Below, in pieces: positions 49,986 to 60,583 of a stretch of 64,000 nucleotides of DNA; position 1 is the stretch's first letter; the number at the start of each line of letters is the position of its first letter. A model generated the notes under the pieces. The model made no database searches and was not told where the DNA came from. It was given only the letters and a program-made list of their open reading frames with translations. The translations under genes were made by a program, and so were the position numbers. Origin of the DNA: Phycisphaerae bacterium (lineage in GTDB: Bacteria; Planctomycetota; Phycisphaerae; UBA1845; Fen-1342); assembly GCA_963675745.2 (NCBI GenBank), contig CAXXWX010000026.1, positions 672,001 through 736,000 on the forward strand. Direction: 5' to 3'.

Positions 49986-51200
49986 CTAAGGCTGCTGTGG
50001 ATAGGCCGCCTGGAGCGCGAGCATTGAATAGGCCGTGGTCAGCTCGGGGTTACCCTCGTAGTAGCGATCGGCGTTGTTAATCCAGCTTCCATCCGGGCGT
50101 TGCCGCTTTGCCAACGCCTCGAGCAGCTCACGCCGCCAGTCCCGATCCCGCCCTTGCGCGTCCTTGATCGAATCCTCATTCCAGGCTTCGAGCGTGCGTC
50201 CGAACGTGTGATAGTAATAAAACAGCCCTTCCTGTGATTGGCCGCCGGGCATGTTCGGATTCGCGTCGAGCGTCCAGTTTCGGCGAATCCACTCCAAGGC
50301 CGCTTTGACGCGCGGATCATCCTTGGTCAGTCCGGCGTAAAGCAGGCTCTTGAAACCCGCGTAGGACATCGTGCCAAAGCAACGCAGCTCGGTGCGTCCC
50401 TCGATTTCAATCTCGCCGGCGCGCGTTTCGCCGCCGTTGGCCGGCGAGTATATGAACCCACCTTGCGTGGAGCCTTTCGCGAACGGCTGATCGTTGACCT
50501 CCGCCTGCATCTGGCAACGCTGGATGAACACCAGGGCCTTCTTGTAGGCGGGATCATCCTTGGGCAAGCCACTATCGTGCAACGCCTCCAACATCAGTTG
50601 CGTGTTCGAAAGATCGGGGCGTTTGTGCCGTCCATAGCCCGCGCCGCCGTAGAAGACATTGTCGCGCGAGATGTCCTCGCCCTCGTCCCATTGGCCATCC
50701 TTTAGAAACCCTTGCAGGTTCTTTATCTTCGCGGCGAAGGTCGGGTCCTTGACTCTGGCGAGCAGCATGAGCGTGACCGCGCTTTCGTAGTTCTTCAGCA
50801 AGCCATCGCCGCTGTAGATGCCGCCGTCGTCGTGCTGGAAGCGGAAGATGAACTCGAGGCCGCGTTTCACGGCGGGGTGTTCGGGGCCGACGGTCGGTTG
50901 CTGGACGAGGGCTTTTAGCACCAGCGCGCTGACCCCCGGCCCGGTGCTTGATGCCCAGCCGCCGTCCTTGTCCTGCGTCGCTATCAGGTAGTTGGCGCCG
51001 CGCGCGGTGAGCTTGCCGGCGGTGCGCGCGGGCAGGTCGGCCTGCTCGGAGGGTGCAGTCTGCTTTACCGCTGGTGCGCCTGGCGTCGCCGCAGCGCCGG
51101 GCTGGTCGGCCTCCTGTCCGTGCGCCGAGAAAACAAAGGCACAGATTCCCAGCAGCGTAACGCTCCGGGAAACATCGAACGCTTTTCTGACGCGAATCAT
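49986..51200 (-). CDS. Secreted prenyltransferase/squalene-oxidase-repeat (alpha/alpha barrel) protein
   Basis: QW-like repeats QDKDGGW, QHDDGGI, QRPDGSW; PDLSNT. Confidence 0.8.
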   Translation of the reverse strand: MIRVRKAFDVSRSVTLLGICAFVFSAHGQEADQPGAAATPGAPAVKQTAPSEQADLPARTAGKLTARGANYLIATQDKDGGWASSTGPGVSALVLKALVQQPTVGPEHPAVKRGLEFIFRFQHDDGGIYSGDGLLKNYESAVTLMLLARVKDPTFAAKIKNLQGFLKDGQWDEGEDISRDNVFYGGAGYGRHKRPDLSNTQLMLEALHDSGLPKDDPAYKKALVFIQRCQMQAEVNDQPFAKGSTQGGFIYSPANGGETRAGEIEIEGRTELRCFGTMSYAGFKSLLYAGLTKDDPRVKAALEWIRRNWTLDANPNMPGGQSQEGLFYYYHTFGRTLEAWNEDSIKDAQGRDRDWRRELLEALAKRQRPDGSWINNADRYYEGNPELTTAYSMLALQAAYPQQP

Positions 51201-51268
51201 GGTCACGGGCCTTTCTGACTCTCTTCCAGTCTCTTTGGCAACGCCGCCCGGTGCGGCGGCCCCGACAC

Positions 51269-51640
51269 CTAATCGTACCCCAATTCGCCCAGGCGCTGCT
51301 CGTCGAGCCCGAAGTGGTGCCCGATTTCGTGCAGGACCGTGATGCGGATTTCTTCGAGCAGTTCCGCGCGCGAGTCGCACATCTCGCACAGGTTACGCCG
51401 GAAGATGAGCACGCGGTCCGGCAGCGCCGCGGGCTGCTCCAGCGCCTTGTCTTCAAGCGGGCAGCCGATGTACAGCCCGAGAATGTCGTCGGGCACGTCC
51501 TGTTCACGCACCAGTTGCGCCGTCGGCCGATCCCAGGCCTCGACGATCACGTTCGCCAGGTAAGGGCGAAACGCGTCGGGCAATTCGGCCAACGCGTCGG
51601 CGATCGCGCGGTCGAACTCGTCGTTGGTCAACTGTATCAT
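51269..51640 (-). CDS. Zincin-like minimal metallopeptidase
   Basis: LGLYIGCP, PDRVLIFR, HEIGHHFG. Confidence 0.9.
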   Translation of the reverse strand: MIQLTNDEFDRAIADALAELPDAFRPYLANVIVEAWDRPTAQLVREQDVPDDILGLYIGCPLEDKALEQPAALPDRVLIFRRNLCEMCDSRAELLEEIRITVLHEIGHHFGLDEQRLGELGYD

Positions 51641-51716
51641 CTGACCACACCATGTCGTTGCGGTAACAGCGCCGTCTGGCGCGCTGACGCCACGGCAGCA
51701 TACAGGAGTACGGCTT

Positions 51717-52775
51717 GTGACAACAGCACGCGTCTTGCGAGCAGCCCGGCGCCGGCCACGGCAGGTCAACCGGGTCGCATTGGCACTGGTGGCGGCGAGT
51801 TTGCTGACCGCGGCGGGTTGCGGTCCGACGTCCTTTCTGATCACGCCGGTGCCCGGAGAGCGGGCGCTGCGCGAGTCAGTTGTAATCCGGGAAAGCGTCT
51901 GGGCCAGTCGCAAGGTGGCGATTATCGACGTTGACGGAATGCTGCAGAACGCGCGGCCACAACCGATCGTGGGGCCCGCGGGCGACAACCCTGTGTCGGT
52001 CTTCAAGGAGAAGCTCGACCGTGCCGCCAAGGACGACCGCGTCGCGGCCATCGTGCTACGGATAAACACGCCGGGCGGTGGGGTGACCGCCAGCGATCTG
52101 ATGTACGCCGAAATGCGCCGATTCAAGCGCGCCACCGAGAAGCCGGTGGTCGCTTGCATGTTGGATCTCGGCACGTCCGGCGGATACTACCTGGCCTGCG
52201 CCGCCGATCACATCGTCGCGCATCCAACAACGGTCACCGGCAGCATCGGCGTGATCATGCTGTCACCGAACATCGCCGAGACGCTGGCACACATCGGCGC
52301 CGAAGTGCATATCTTCAAGTCCGGGCGCATGAAGGACGCCGGTTCGCCGTTCAGGAAAATGACCGACGCCGATCGAGAGCTGTTTCAAAAGCTTATCGAC
52401 GGCATGTATGCCCGCTTTCTGGCGGTCGTCGCCCAGGCCCGGCCCGCGCTCGCGAAGAGCGGGAAGCTCGAACAGCTCGCCGACGGGCGCGTGTTTCTCG
52501 GCGGTGAGGCGCTGGATAATGGACTGATCGACCAACTCGGCACGCTTAATGACGCGATCATCAAGGCCAAAGACCTGGCCGGCCTTGCGGATGAGAGCGT
52601 TCTGGTCGTGCAATACAGTCGCCCGCTGGCACATCGCCCGAACTTTTATGCCGACGGATCTGTCCCCGGTGCGGTGTCCGAGAGCCGGGCGACCGAGCTC
52701 TTCGACATGGCGCTGCCGCCCTGGCTGCGGCACTCAACGCCTCAATTTCTGTATATGTGGGCGCCGGGGTGGTGA
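51717..52775 (+). CDS. sppA: Signal peptide peptidase SppA (short, lipoprotein form)
   Basis: AAGC lipobox, INTPGGGV, TSGGYY, TGSIGV, KSGRMKD. Confidence 0.9.
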   Translation: MTTARVLRAARRRPRQVNRVALALVAASLLTAAGCGPTSFLITPVPGERALRESVVIRESVWASRKVAIIDVDGMLQNARPQPIVGPAGDNPVSVFKEKLDRAAKDDRVAAIVLRINTPGGGVTASDLMYAEMRRFKRATEKPVVACMLDLGTSGGYYLACAADHIVAHPTTVTGSIGVIMLSPNIAETLAHIGAEVHIFKSGRMKDAGSPFRKMTDADRELFQKLIDGMYARFLAVVAQARPALAKSGKLEQLADGRVFLGGEALDNGLIDQLGTLNDAIIKAKDLAGLADESVLVVQYSRPLAHRPNFYADGSVPGAVSESRATELFDMALPPWLRHSTPQFLYMWAPGW

Positions 52776-52854
52776 GGCGTTCGTCCCACAGGTTACAATC
52801 TCCACCGCGGCCAATGCCGTTTGGGGCAGAAGAGTTGCGGGTTCGGCGCAGAAC

Positions 52855-52934
52855 GTAGCGGCCGGCGCCTCGCCGGCCGTGGGATATAGGAAACCTGGTT
52901 TTGCGCCGACGGCCCGCGGGGCGCGGGCCGTTAC
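52855..52934. repeat. GTAG-type REP-like doublet
   Basis: GTAGCGGCCGGCGCCTCGCCGGCCG ... CGGCCCGCGGGGCGCGGGCCGTTAC. Confidence 0.6.
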
Positions 52935-53021
52935 AGCGCTATCGGCAGATGACCGTCCGCCTGGAAACGGCGTCGGCATGAAAAGGGCGGGCTGCCCGAG
53001 GCGCTCGGAAGAGCTGACTGA

Positions 53022-53602
53022 ATGATTGTCCTGATCGACAACTACGACTCGTTTACCTACAACCTGGTCCAGCGGATCGGCGAGTTGGACGACACGATCC
53101 CCATCAAGGTCTACCGCAACGACCAGGTGACGCTCGAGCAGATAGAGGCGGACGGCCCTGAACGCATCATCATTTCACCCGGACCCTGCACGCCGAAAGA
53201 GGCCGGCATCAGCGTCGACGTGGTCCGGCACTTCGCCGGCAAGACGGCGGTGCTCGGCGTATGCCTGGGGCACCAGTCGATCGCGGCCGCGTTCGGCGCC
53301 GAGATCATTCGCGCGCGCGACGCCTGATGCACGGCAAGACAAGCATGATCAGGCACGACGGGCGCGGCGTTTTCAGCGGGCTCGATAATCCGTTCGAGGC
53401 CACACGCTATCACTCGCTGATCATCAAACCCGGTTCGTTGCCGGATGATTTCGAAATAAGCGCGACGGCCGCCGATGACGCCGAGGAGATCATGGGGATT
53501 CGGCACAGGCGCATGCCGATCGAGGGCGTGCAGTTCCATCCCGAGAGCTTCCTGACCGAATTGGGGCCGCGCCTGTTGGCGAACTTTGTGGGGCATAACT
53601 GA
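53022..53602 (+). CDS. trpG: Anthranilate/aminodeoxychorismate synthase glutamine amidotransferase (TrpG/PabA), frameshifted near 53315
   Basis: [23 protein letters not shown] in one frame; [20 protein letters not shown] in another. Confidence 0.9.
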
Positions 53603-53616
53603 GTGCTGGTGTGATA

Positions 53617-54205
53617 ATGAGAGAAGCGATACTGCATGTCCTGATCGCGATGGCGATTGTACTGACGGCGGGCTGTTCACAGCGCCCCCGCGGAGACGCG
53701 CGGCATAGACCCGCACCCGACAGTTGCCGAACTGCCCGCGCCACCCGCCGAAGCGCCCATGCCCGGGATGGCCGCGTCGGTTGGAATTGACGGCCCCGAG
53801 CCGCCCCCCAACCTGCCCTATGCTCCCACGTACGAGCCGATCGAGTACACGCCCGAGCAGCGGGCCATTCTCGCCGCCGGCCGGCCGCGTGAGCACAATT
53901 GGCTCGAGTTCTACACACCAACGGACCCAGAGCGGGCCGTATCGCACGACCCAGGGCGCGGAGCGCTGCCCGGCATTAACAGCATGAGGCAATACAGCGT
54001 CGCGCGCGGTCCGGCGCAACGCCCCGTGCGTCCAGGAAATGACACCACCAACGAGCCGGGCGTTGGGGCCGCAACCCGGAATGTGGGGCGCGGCCATCAG
54101 CGCGGCGGCCCGGACACCGCTGTCGGCCCGGCCACGCCGATCTTCGGCGGTTACGACAAACCCGCTCGCAATGTCGGTCCCCCCTCCAGGGTGAGACGCC
54201 CATAG
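53617..54205 (+). CDS. Hypothetical Pro-rich lipoprotein, +1 frameshift in the C-run near 53687
   Basis: MREAILHVLIAMAIVLTAGC lipobox joins ORF 53759-54205 if one C is removed. Confidence 0.55.
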
Positions 54206-54309
54206 CAACGCATCGGCCCCCGGTTCTCCGCTTGTGGCTCAGCACACGCTTCGGCATAATCCACCCACACGAGGCAATAGCGCGACCTGCCGGACAGAAG
54301 GAACGGAAC

Positions 54310-55905
54310 ATGTCATCGCCACTGCGCACATCGTCCTTTGAGGTTGGTGTCCATGTGCACACCGCCAACGGGACATACTGCGAACCTGCAGGTTGGTGCG
54401 CGACCGGCGATCGCTTCACGAGTGAACGCTTGGTCAATGGTGATGCCGGCGAGGCACACGAGGAAACCGGCGCGACGCTGTGTGTCGAGGCCCTGTCACT
54501 CGATTCCGAACGATTTGCGCTGCGCGCACGCGCCCACCACCCCGAGATCGTCAAAGCCATCAAGTTCGTGCTGGATTTGCCTTATATGCCGATGCTCGCG
54601 CCCGAGGAAGTTGCCCTCGAAGAGGCGACCTGGCGTGACTGGCATTTCCCGCGCGACTGGCGCACGGGGTTCGCGGTCTGGCAGGCTGACGGTCGCCACT
54701 TCACGGTCTGCACCAAGGACCACCCGTGGCATTTCAAGCGACTGCGGGCCTTGCGCAATGGTAACCGCATGCGCCTGGAGATTATCCAGGACGCCAACGT
54801 TCGCGAGCGCTCGCTTGATTTCGCCACCAGCGAATGGGAGATCGGCTACCGCTCGGATGTTGATGGGCTACTCGATGATTATGCGCTCTTCACCGAGCAG
54901 GCATTCGGCGCGGCCGCTTTCAGCCGCCGACAGGATGCCCCCGAGTGGGCGCGCGGACTGGGCCTGGTCGTCAACTTGCACTGCACCGACTGGAACGGAC
55001 AGACGAATCTCGATTATCCCGGTCTGACCAGGGCGGCCGAATCACTCGCCAACCAGTTTCCCGCCGAGCGCACGCTGCTCTATCCGATCGGCTGGGACGG
55101 GCGGTATATGCGTGACTACCCGACGTTTGAGCCGTCCGCCGGGTTGGGCGGCGCGGATGGGTTCAAGTCGTTCTGTCAGCGCGCCCGCGGCCTGGGTTTT
55201 CACATCATGCCGCACCTCAACGCCATGGTCTGCAACATGCGGCACCGGCTGTACGCACCGCACCTGAAGGACTATGTCATCCGTAACCACCTGGGCCGGC
55301 CGGTGCATTGTCTGCACATCGACTGGGATCACGACGGCCTCGGCGATCCGGCACATTCATACCTGGCACTCCAGCCCGCGGCGCTGCGCGACATACTGGT
55401 TGAGCGCATCAGCAGCCTTGTGCGCGAATACGACCTCGATGCGGTCTTTCTCGACGAGACCTGCAATGTGTTCTACAACGACCCGGCCTGGGACCAGGTT
55501 GACGGCGTCCGCCGCCTGGTACGCGACATCCACCGGGCCTGCCCCAACCTGCTGGTCGTCGGCGAGGAATGGAACGAGCTGCTGCTCGGGTTGACGCCGG
55601 TCGTACAGCTCTGGGAAGAGACGGCGGACGGCCGCGGTGGCTTTGGACGCGGAAAATCGGCCATGGTGCGCCGCTGGGCCGGGCGGTTCATTCGCGGCTG
55701 TGGTTATCTCGCGCTGGCTTCACCCGACGGGCACACCGGCGTACACGAATGGCCCGACAAACCCTGGATTGATGAACGCGACAACGAGACGTTTTACATC
55801 CCCACGCTGTCGCTGACCGGTCAGACACTTGAGCGCGGCGCGGACGGGATTCGCGCGACAATCGACCGCGCACGCAGGTATGTCGATCAATACGTGATGA
55901 GCTAA
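54310..55905 (+). CDS. Putative glycoside hydrolase, TIM-barrel (DUF6259-like)
   Basis: GWDGRY..YP....LGG..GFK, IMPHLN, DAVFLDET, LVVGEE. Confidence 0.6.
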   Translation: MSSPLRTSSFEVGVHVHTANGTYCEPAGWCATGDRFTSERLVNGDAGEAHEETGATLCVEALSLDSERFALRARAHHPEIVKAIKFVLDLPYMPMLAPEEVALEEATWRDWHFPRDWRTGFAVWQADGRHFTVCTKDHPWHFKRLRALRNGNRMRLEIIQDANVRERSLDFATSEWEIGYRSDVDGLLDDYALFTEQAFGAAAFSRRQDAPEWARGLGLVVNLHCTDWNGQTNLDYPGLTRAAESLANQFPAERTLLYPIGWDGRYMRDYPTFEPSAGLGGADGFKSFCQRARGLGFHIMPHLNAMVCNMRHRLYAPHLKDYVIRNHLGRPVHCLHIDWDHDGLGDPAHSYLALQPAALRDILVERISSLVREYDLDAVFLDETCNVFYNDPAWDQVDGVRRLVRDIHRACPNLLVVGEEWNELLLGLTPVVQLWEETADGRGGFGRGKSAMVRRWAGRFIRGCGYLALASPDGHTGVHEWPDKPWIDERDNETFYIPTLSLTGQTLERGADGIRATIDRARRYVDQYVMS

Positions 55906-56042
55906 CGGTCAACTCACAACGGCGGCGGCATCGGCTATCAACCCATGAGCATCACAATTCACAGGCCTGTAACACAACGGCGGACGGGATAGCACGCACG
56001 GTCAACGGGCAACATGGACCACATCTGCAAAGGGAGTCGAAA

Positions 56043-56949
56043 ATGGCAAAGAAACGGCCCGCGAAAAAGGCCGCCAAGGCCAAAAGGAAGACGGTCAAGA
56101 CTGCGAAGAGAGCCGTGAAGAAGACGGCCAAGAAAGCTGCGAAGAAGGCTGCCAAGAAGAAAGTGGCCAAGAAGAAGGTGGCGAAGAAGAAGATCGCAAA
56201 AAAGGCTGCAAAGAAGGCCGTCAGGAAAGCAGCAAAGAAGGCAGCCAGAAAGACCGTTAGAAAGAAGGCGGTAAAGAAGGGCGCCAAGCGGACGGCCAAG
56301 AAGGGCGCCAAGAAGGCGGTAAAGAAAGCGGCCAAGAAGCCTGTCAGGAAGTCCGCGACCAGGAGAGCCCGGCCCGTGGCGAAGAAGGCCGCGCCCAAGG
56401 CCCGGCCCCCCAGGAAACCACCGCTGCGCGTCGTCCAGCCGCCACCGCCAGCGGCGGCCCCCGTGCCGGAGCCAATCACGCGTCCATCCATGCCGCCGGT
56501 CGGCAGTCTGGCCCCGGATTTTGAGCTGATGGATGGCCAGGGACGCTCACATCGCCTGTCCGAGTACGCCGGCAAACGTATCGTCCTGTACTTCTACCCG
56601 CGCGACAACACGCCGGGATGCACCAAAGAGGCCTGCGGATTTCGCGACACGCTGGGCGACTTTGATGCGCTCAACACGGTCGTATTCGGTGTCTCACCCG
56701 ATAGCGTCGACAGCCATAAGCGTTTTGCGGCGACCTTCAGTCTGCCGTTCCCGTTGCTGGCGGACCAGGATCACGCGGTCGCGGAGCAGTTCGGCGCGTG
56801 GGGCGAAAAAACCCGTAGCGGACACACGTCCGTGGGCATCCTGCGCTCGACATTCGTGATCGACACCGAAGGCCGCATCGAAAAGGTGTTTGAGAACGTA
56901 AAGGCGGAGGGGCCACGAACAGGCCGTGTTGGCATACTTGCGCGGCTAG
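56043..56949 (+). CDS. bcp: BCP/PrxQ peroxiredoxin with N-terminal histone-H1-like Lys/Ala-rich extension (+1 frameshift near 56910)
   Basis: APDFEL, YFYPRDNTPGCTKEAC, GVSPDS, RSTFVID; removing one base near 56910 gives the canonical ending GHEQAVLAYLRG-TAG. Confidence 0.9.
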
Positions 56950-57093
56950 AGCGGTTTCAGTAAAGACGCGGTGGCTTACACTGTCGGGGTGGGTCGGGCG
57001 TCTCGCCCGACTTCGACGAAAGCAGTACATCGGCGGGCGGGACGCCCGCCCCACCCGCGTATGGGCAACGGATTGTTGTTGAAACCGCTCTAG
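56946..57093. mobile_element. ~146-bp MITE, copy 2, with perfect CTAGAGCGGTTTCA inverted ends
   Basis: 14-bp inverted repeat at 56946 and 57080-57093; internal REP-like hairpins; homologous to 37761-37906. Confidence 0.88.
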
Positions 57094-57149
57094 AGCTGAG
57101 GCGCACGGTTCACCATGTCCGCGACGCACATTCACAGGGAATCCTGGCG

Positions 57150-58079
57150 TTGAGCGCACACTATGCAGATCGGCTGGCCGCGGCCATCGCGCAACGCGGC
57201 AGTCCCGCCGTCGTCGGTATCGACCCGGTCATTGAGCGACTGCCCGATGCGCTGCGCCCGGCCGATAGCACGCTGGCAGCCGCGGTGACGGCTGTTGAAT
57301 CGTTCTGCCGCACGCTGATCGATACCGTGGCGCCACACGTGCCCGCGGTGAAGATCAACTCCGGTTTCTTCGAGCCGTTCCATGAGGCCGGGGTGGGCCC
57401 TGTACTACCAGCTCATCACCCACGCCCACTCACGGGGCCTGCTGGTAATCGGCGATATCAAGCGCGGAGACATCGGCTCAACCGCGGCGCTTGTACGCGC
57501 GCGGTCACCTGGCAACGCCCGAGTTCTCCGATGTAGATGCGGCGCGCACTTCCCGACGCGGTCACCGTCGCGGGTTATCTTGGCAAAAGCGCCGTCGCGC
57601 CGTTTATCGAGGCCGCCCAAGCCGGCGGCCGCGGACTGTATGTGCTCGTGCGCCCGTCCGACCCGGGGGCCGACGAGGTTCACGAGTTTGGTGGCGACCT
57701 GCACCTCTACGAGCATATGGCCCGACTCGTTGCGGATTGGGGAGCGGCCCCCGAGCTGCGCGGCGTCGGTGGATGGTCGTGTGTCGGCGCGGTTGTCGCT
57801 CCCAAGGACGTGGACAGCACCGCGGCGCTGCGGTCCGCGCTGCCCCACACGCCACTGCTCGTCCCGGGATACGGCGCGCAAGGCGCGACAGCGGATGCCT
57901 GCCGGGTGTTGTTTGGCCCGGATGGCGCGGGCGCGGTCGTCAACGCATCCCGATCGGTCATTTACGCGTATCAGAAGCAGGAGTATGTCGAGAAACACGG
58001 CGACGACTGGGCGGCGTGCGTCGACGACGCGGCTCGCGATTTTGCCGCTGACATCGCGCGCGTCGCCAGGCCGCGCTGA
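57150..58079 (+). CDS. pyrF: Orotidine-5'-phosphate decarboxylase, split by three +1 frameshifts
   Basis: VGIDP, AVKIN..FFE, GDIKRGDIGST, DAVTV..YLG, LVPGYGAQG, NASRSVIYA in successive frames. Confidence 0.9.
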
Positions 58080-58088
58080 GGTAATTGG

Positions 58089-59487
58089 ATGCTGCGAACC
58101 GCGTATCTAATAGTGCTCGCCTTGCTGGTTGGATGCGCGGCTCCATTCTCGCCGCCCCGCGAATCATTGTTCGTCACGTTGCAGGTCTCGCGCGATCCAC
58201 CGTGCTATGAGATTCACCGCTGCGACTGGAATTCCCGCGTCGCCGCCGGTGGTTCGCCGGCCGCGGCTCCCCCGGACCTGCTCCAACCAACGCAGGTCTA
58301 CCGCTTTGAAGGCCTGGCACGGCCCCCGAAGCCGGTGGCGATCACGCCGCGCGCCGGGGCTGATCGTCGCGCTCGAGAACCACGGCCAGGCGTGTGTTGA
58401 CTTTGAACGCATTGACGCGACCGGCGTGCGCTCGGGCCTAGCGCTCGACAGCGCGACGCCAAACCCGTGCTACCAGCGAATCCTCGAAAACGATGGCGAA
58501 CATCTGGCGATCCTGCGGCCGGTGCGTAGCGCGAACAAACCCGAGTTCACACTCGAAGACGGCATCATGACGGAGCTCAATCCGGACTGGATGCAGCTCG
58601 ACGTGTGCGATGCCGTTGCAGGGACGCTCTGGTCGGCCATGCCTGAGCCCGTCCTGCCGATAACGCGGTTGAAGGCGCACGAGTGGTTGATGCTGGTCAA
58701 CGGTCCACCGGCCTGGCTCTGTCGAGTGAATTGGCTGGATGGTTCGCGACGCCGACTCGCACCCTGGCCGGACGGTCGGCGTTTCGCGGGTGCCGCGATG
58801 TCACCCGGCGCGAAGTGGTGCGCAATCGCGTACCAGGAGACCGGCCGGCGCTGGAGCCTGTTCAATATTGTGCTCTGGTACGCCGATGGCAACGCGCTGG
58901 AACCGCTGGTCAGCAACGTGCTCGTCGCCACCAGGGCGGACTCCCCTGTCGGGCCGTGTCTGCGCATGCGCGCGCTCAATTCTCAGAACCTGGCGCTGGT
59001 CGCCACGCAGGTGACTGACATGCGCGGCGACGTGCCGCTCGAAGGACACTATCAAACCGTAATCGCCGACGTGTGGTCGCGAATAGTGCTGTGCCGTTTC
59101 GCACATCCGCAAGCGGGCCTGGCCGACGACGTACCTGAGCTGTTTCTTCCGGCCGAGCGCCTGTCCAACTTGCGCGTCAAGCTGCACGAGTCAGATAGCT
59201 CCACGTCGGGCGGCAATGACGAACGCTGGCGGAAATTCCTGCGATTTGTCGAAGGGCAGTTCGTCGCCGCCGGGCGCCACGTCTACGATCCGACGCGCTT
59301 GAGTCACTTTGCGTATAGCGCTGACGGCCGGGCACTTGCCACGCGCTATCTCCCCGGCGATGGCGGCGGTGAGGTTTGCGTGGTGTTGTGCGATTCGCTG
59401 CCGCCGCTGCAACTGCGCTTCGACAATGTCGCGCGCCTCACGTGGCTTGTGCGCACCACCAACACGCGCGATGACACGTCGGACTGA
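58089..59487 (+). CDS. Hypothetical lipoprotein (possible beta-propeller), +1 frameshift near 58358
   Basis: LLVGC lipobox in ORF 58089; continues in the frame of ORF 58129-59487 after GGGG. Confidence 0.55.
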
Positions 59488-59535
59488 GGGGATATTGAGA
59501 CCCGACGCCGAAGTCATGGTCGCGCCGGCAGCGAG

Positions 59536-60459
59536 CTACGCCGTGCCGGCGGCAACCCATTCCTGGAGCCAGGCCTGGATCTGCGGGCCGCGGTAGACGA
59601 TCACAATCGCGGCCACCGCCCACAACACCAGCGCGTATTGAAACGGCCGATCGCGCAGCACCACATCGGTCGGACCGTCAACCTGCCCGTGCTCCACCAG
59701 CAGTGCAAAGCGAAAGACAGCGTAGACGACCAGCGGAAGTGTGTACGCGAGATACTGCGTGCCGAACTTTTTAGTCGTGACCGGGTCGGTCGCGTACAGC
59801 ATAAAGCTGATGATCGCGATGCCCGCCGAGACTGTAATCATGTGGTTCAACAGCGCCGGCGTGTAACGGGCCAGCGTGGGTCGGTGCAGATGAGCATCGG
59901 TGCCGCCGTTTTCGGACAGCGCCTCGAGCTCGCAGCGCCGCTTGCTGAATCCCATAAACATGCACAGCGTGAACGTGCAAAGCACCAGCCAGATCGAGAT
60001 GTCCACGTGGGCCAGCACGGCCCCGCCCACCGCGCGCAACACGAACCCGATCGCAATGATCAGCACGTCGAGCAGCGCCGCCTGCTTGAGCCGTAACGTG
60101 TACAGGGCCTGGAGGACCAAGTAACACGCAACCACCAGGAAGAACCCACGGTTCAGAGCCAGGCTGCCCAGCAGCCCGATCAATCCGACCGCCAATCCGA
60201 CCAGCACCGCGTGCGGCACACTGATGGCACCCGAGGCCAGCGGGCGCTTCGACTTGCGCGGGTGATGCTGATCCTCTTCGCGGTCTTTGACATCGTTGAA
60301 GACATAGACCGCGCTGCTGGCCAGACACATGCAACAGAACCCCAACACGACGGCCAGCAGCGCCTCGGGGTCGGCGAGTTTGCGCGCAAAGATCACGCCC
60401 GCGAAGATGAAAACGTTCTTGATCCACTGCTGCGGTCGCAACAGCCGCAAGTATTCCAT
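59536..60459 (-). CDS. UbiA-family prenyltransferase (decaprenyl-phosphate phosphoribosyltransferase-like)
   Basis: LRPQQWIKN, YVFNDVKD.E.D..HP.K..RPLASG, KRRCE. Confidence 0.9.
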   Translation of the reverse strand: MEYLRLLRPQQWIKNVFIFAGVIFARKLADPEALLAVVLGFCCMCLASSAVYVFNDVKDREEDQHHPRKSKRPLASGAISVPHAVLVGLAVGLIGLLGSLALNRGFFLVVACYLVLQALYTLRLKQAALLDVLIIAIGFVLRAVGGAVLAHVDISIWLVLCTFTLCMFMGFSKRRCELEALSENGGTDAHLHRPTLARYTPALLNHMITVSAGIAIISFMLYATDPVTTKKFGTQYLAYTLPLVVYAVFRFALLVEHGQVDGPTDVVLRDRPFQYALVLWAVAAIVIVYRGPQIQAWLQEWVAAGTA

Positions 60460-60583
60460 GCGCCAACTCCCACGATCGATCGGCATTGTGCGAGCGATTC
60501 GGTGCGACAGTCAACGCAGGACAGAGCCGGGCATCGCGTTGGACGATCGATCGTGGCCAACATGTCATCCATGTGGCGCGCAC

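Noticed and set aside
49986..51200. Squalene-hopene cyclase
   Set aside because: Too short (about 400 aa), has a signal-like N-terminus and lacks the DxDD catalytic motif; only QW-like repeats are shared.
55952..56575. 207-aa Phe/Ala-rich 'membrane protein' on the minus strand
   Set aside because: It is the antisense reading of the Lys/Ala codons of the bcp extension.
57150..58079. pyrF and trpG as genuine pseudogenes or programmed frameshifts
   Set aside because: Catalytic motifs are intact, no slippery heptamers were seen, and the indels cluster locally in unrelated genes, pointing to sequencing error.
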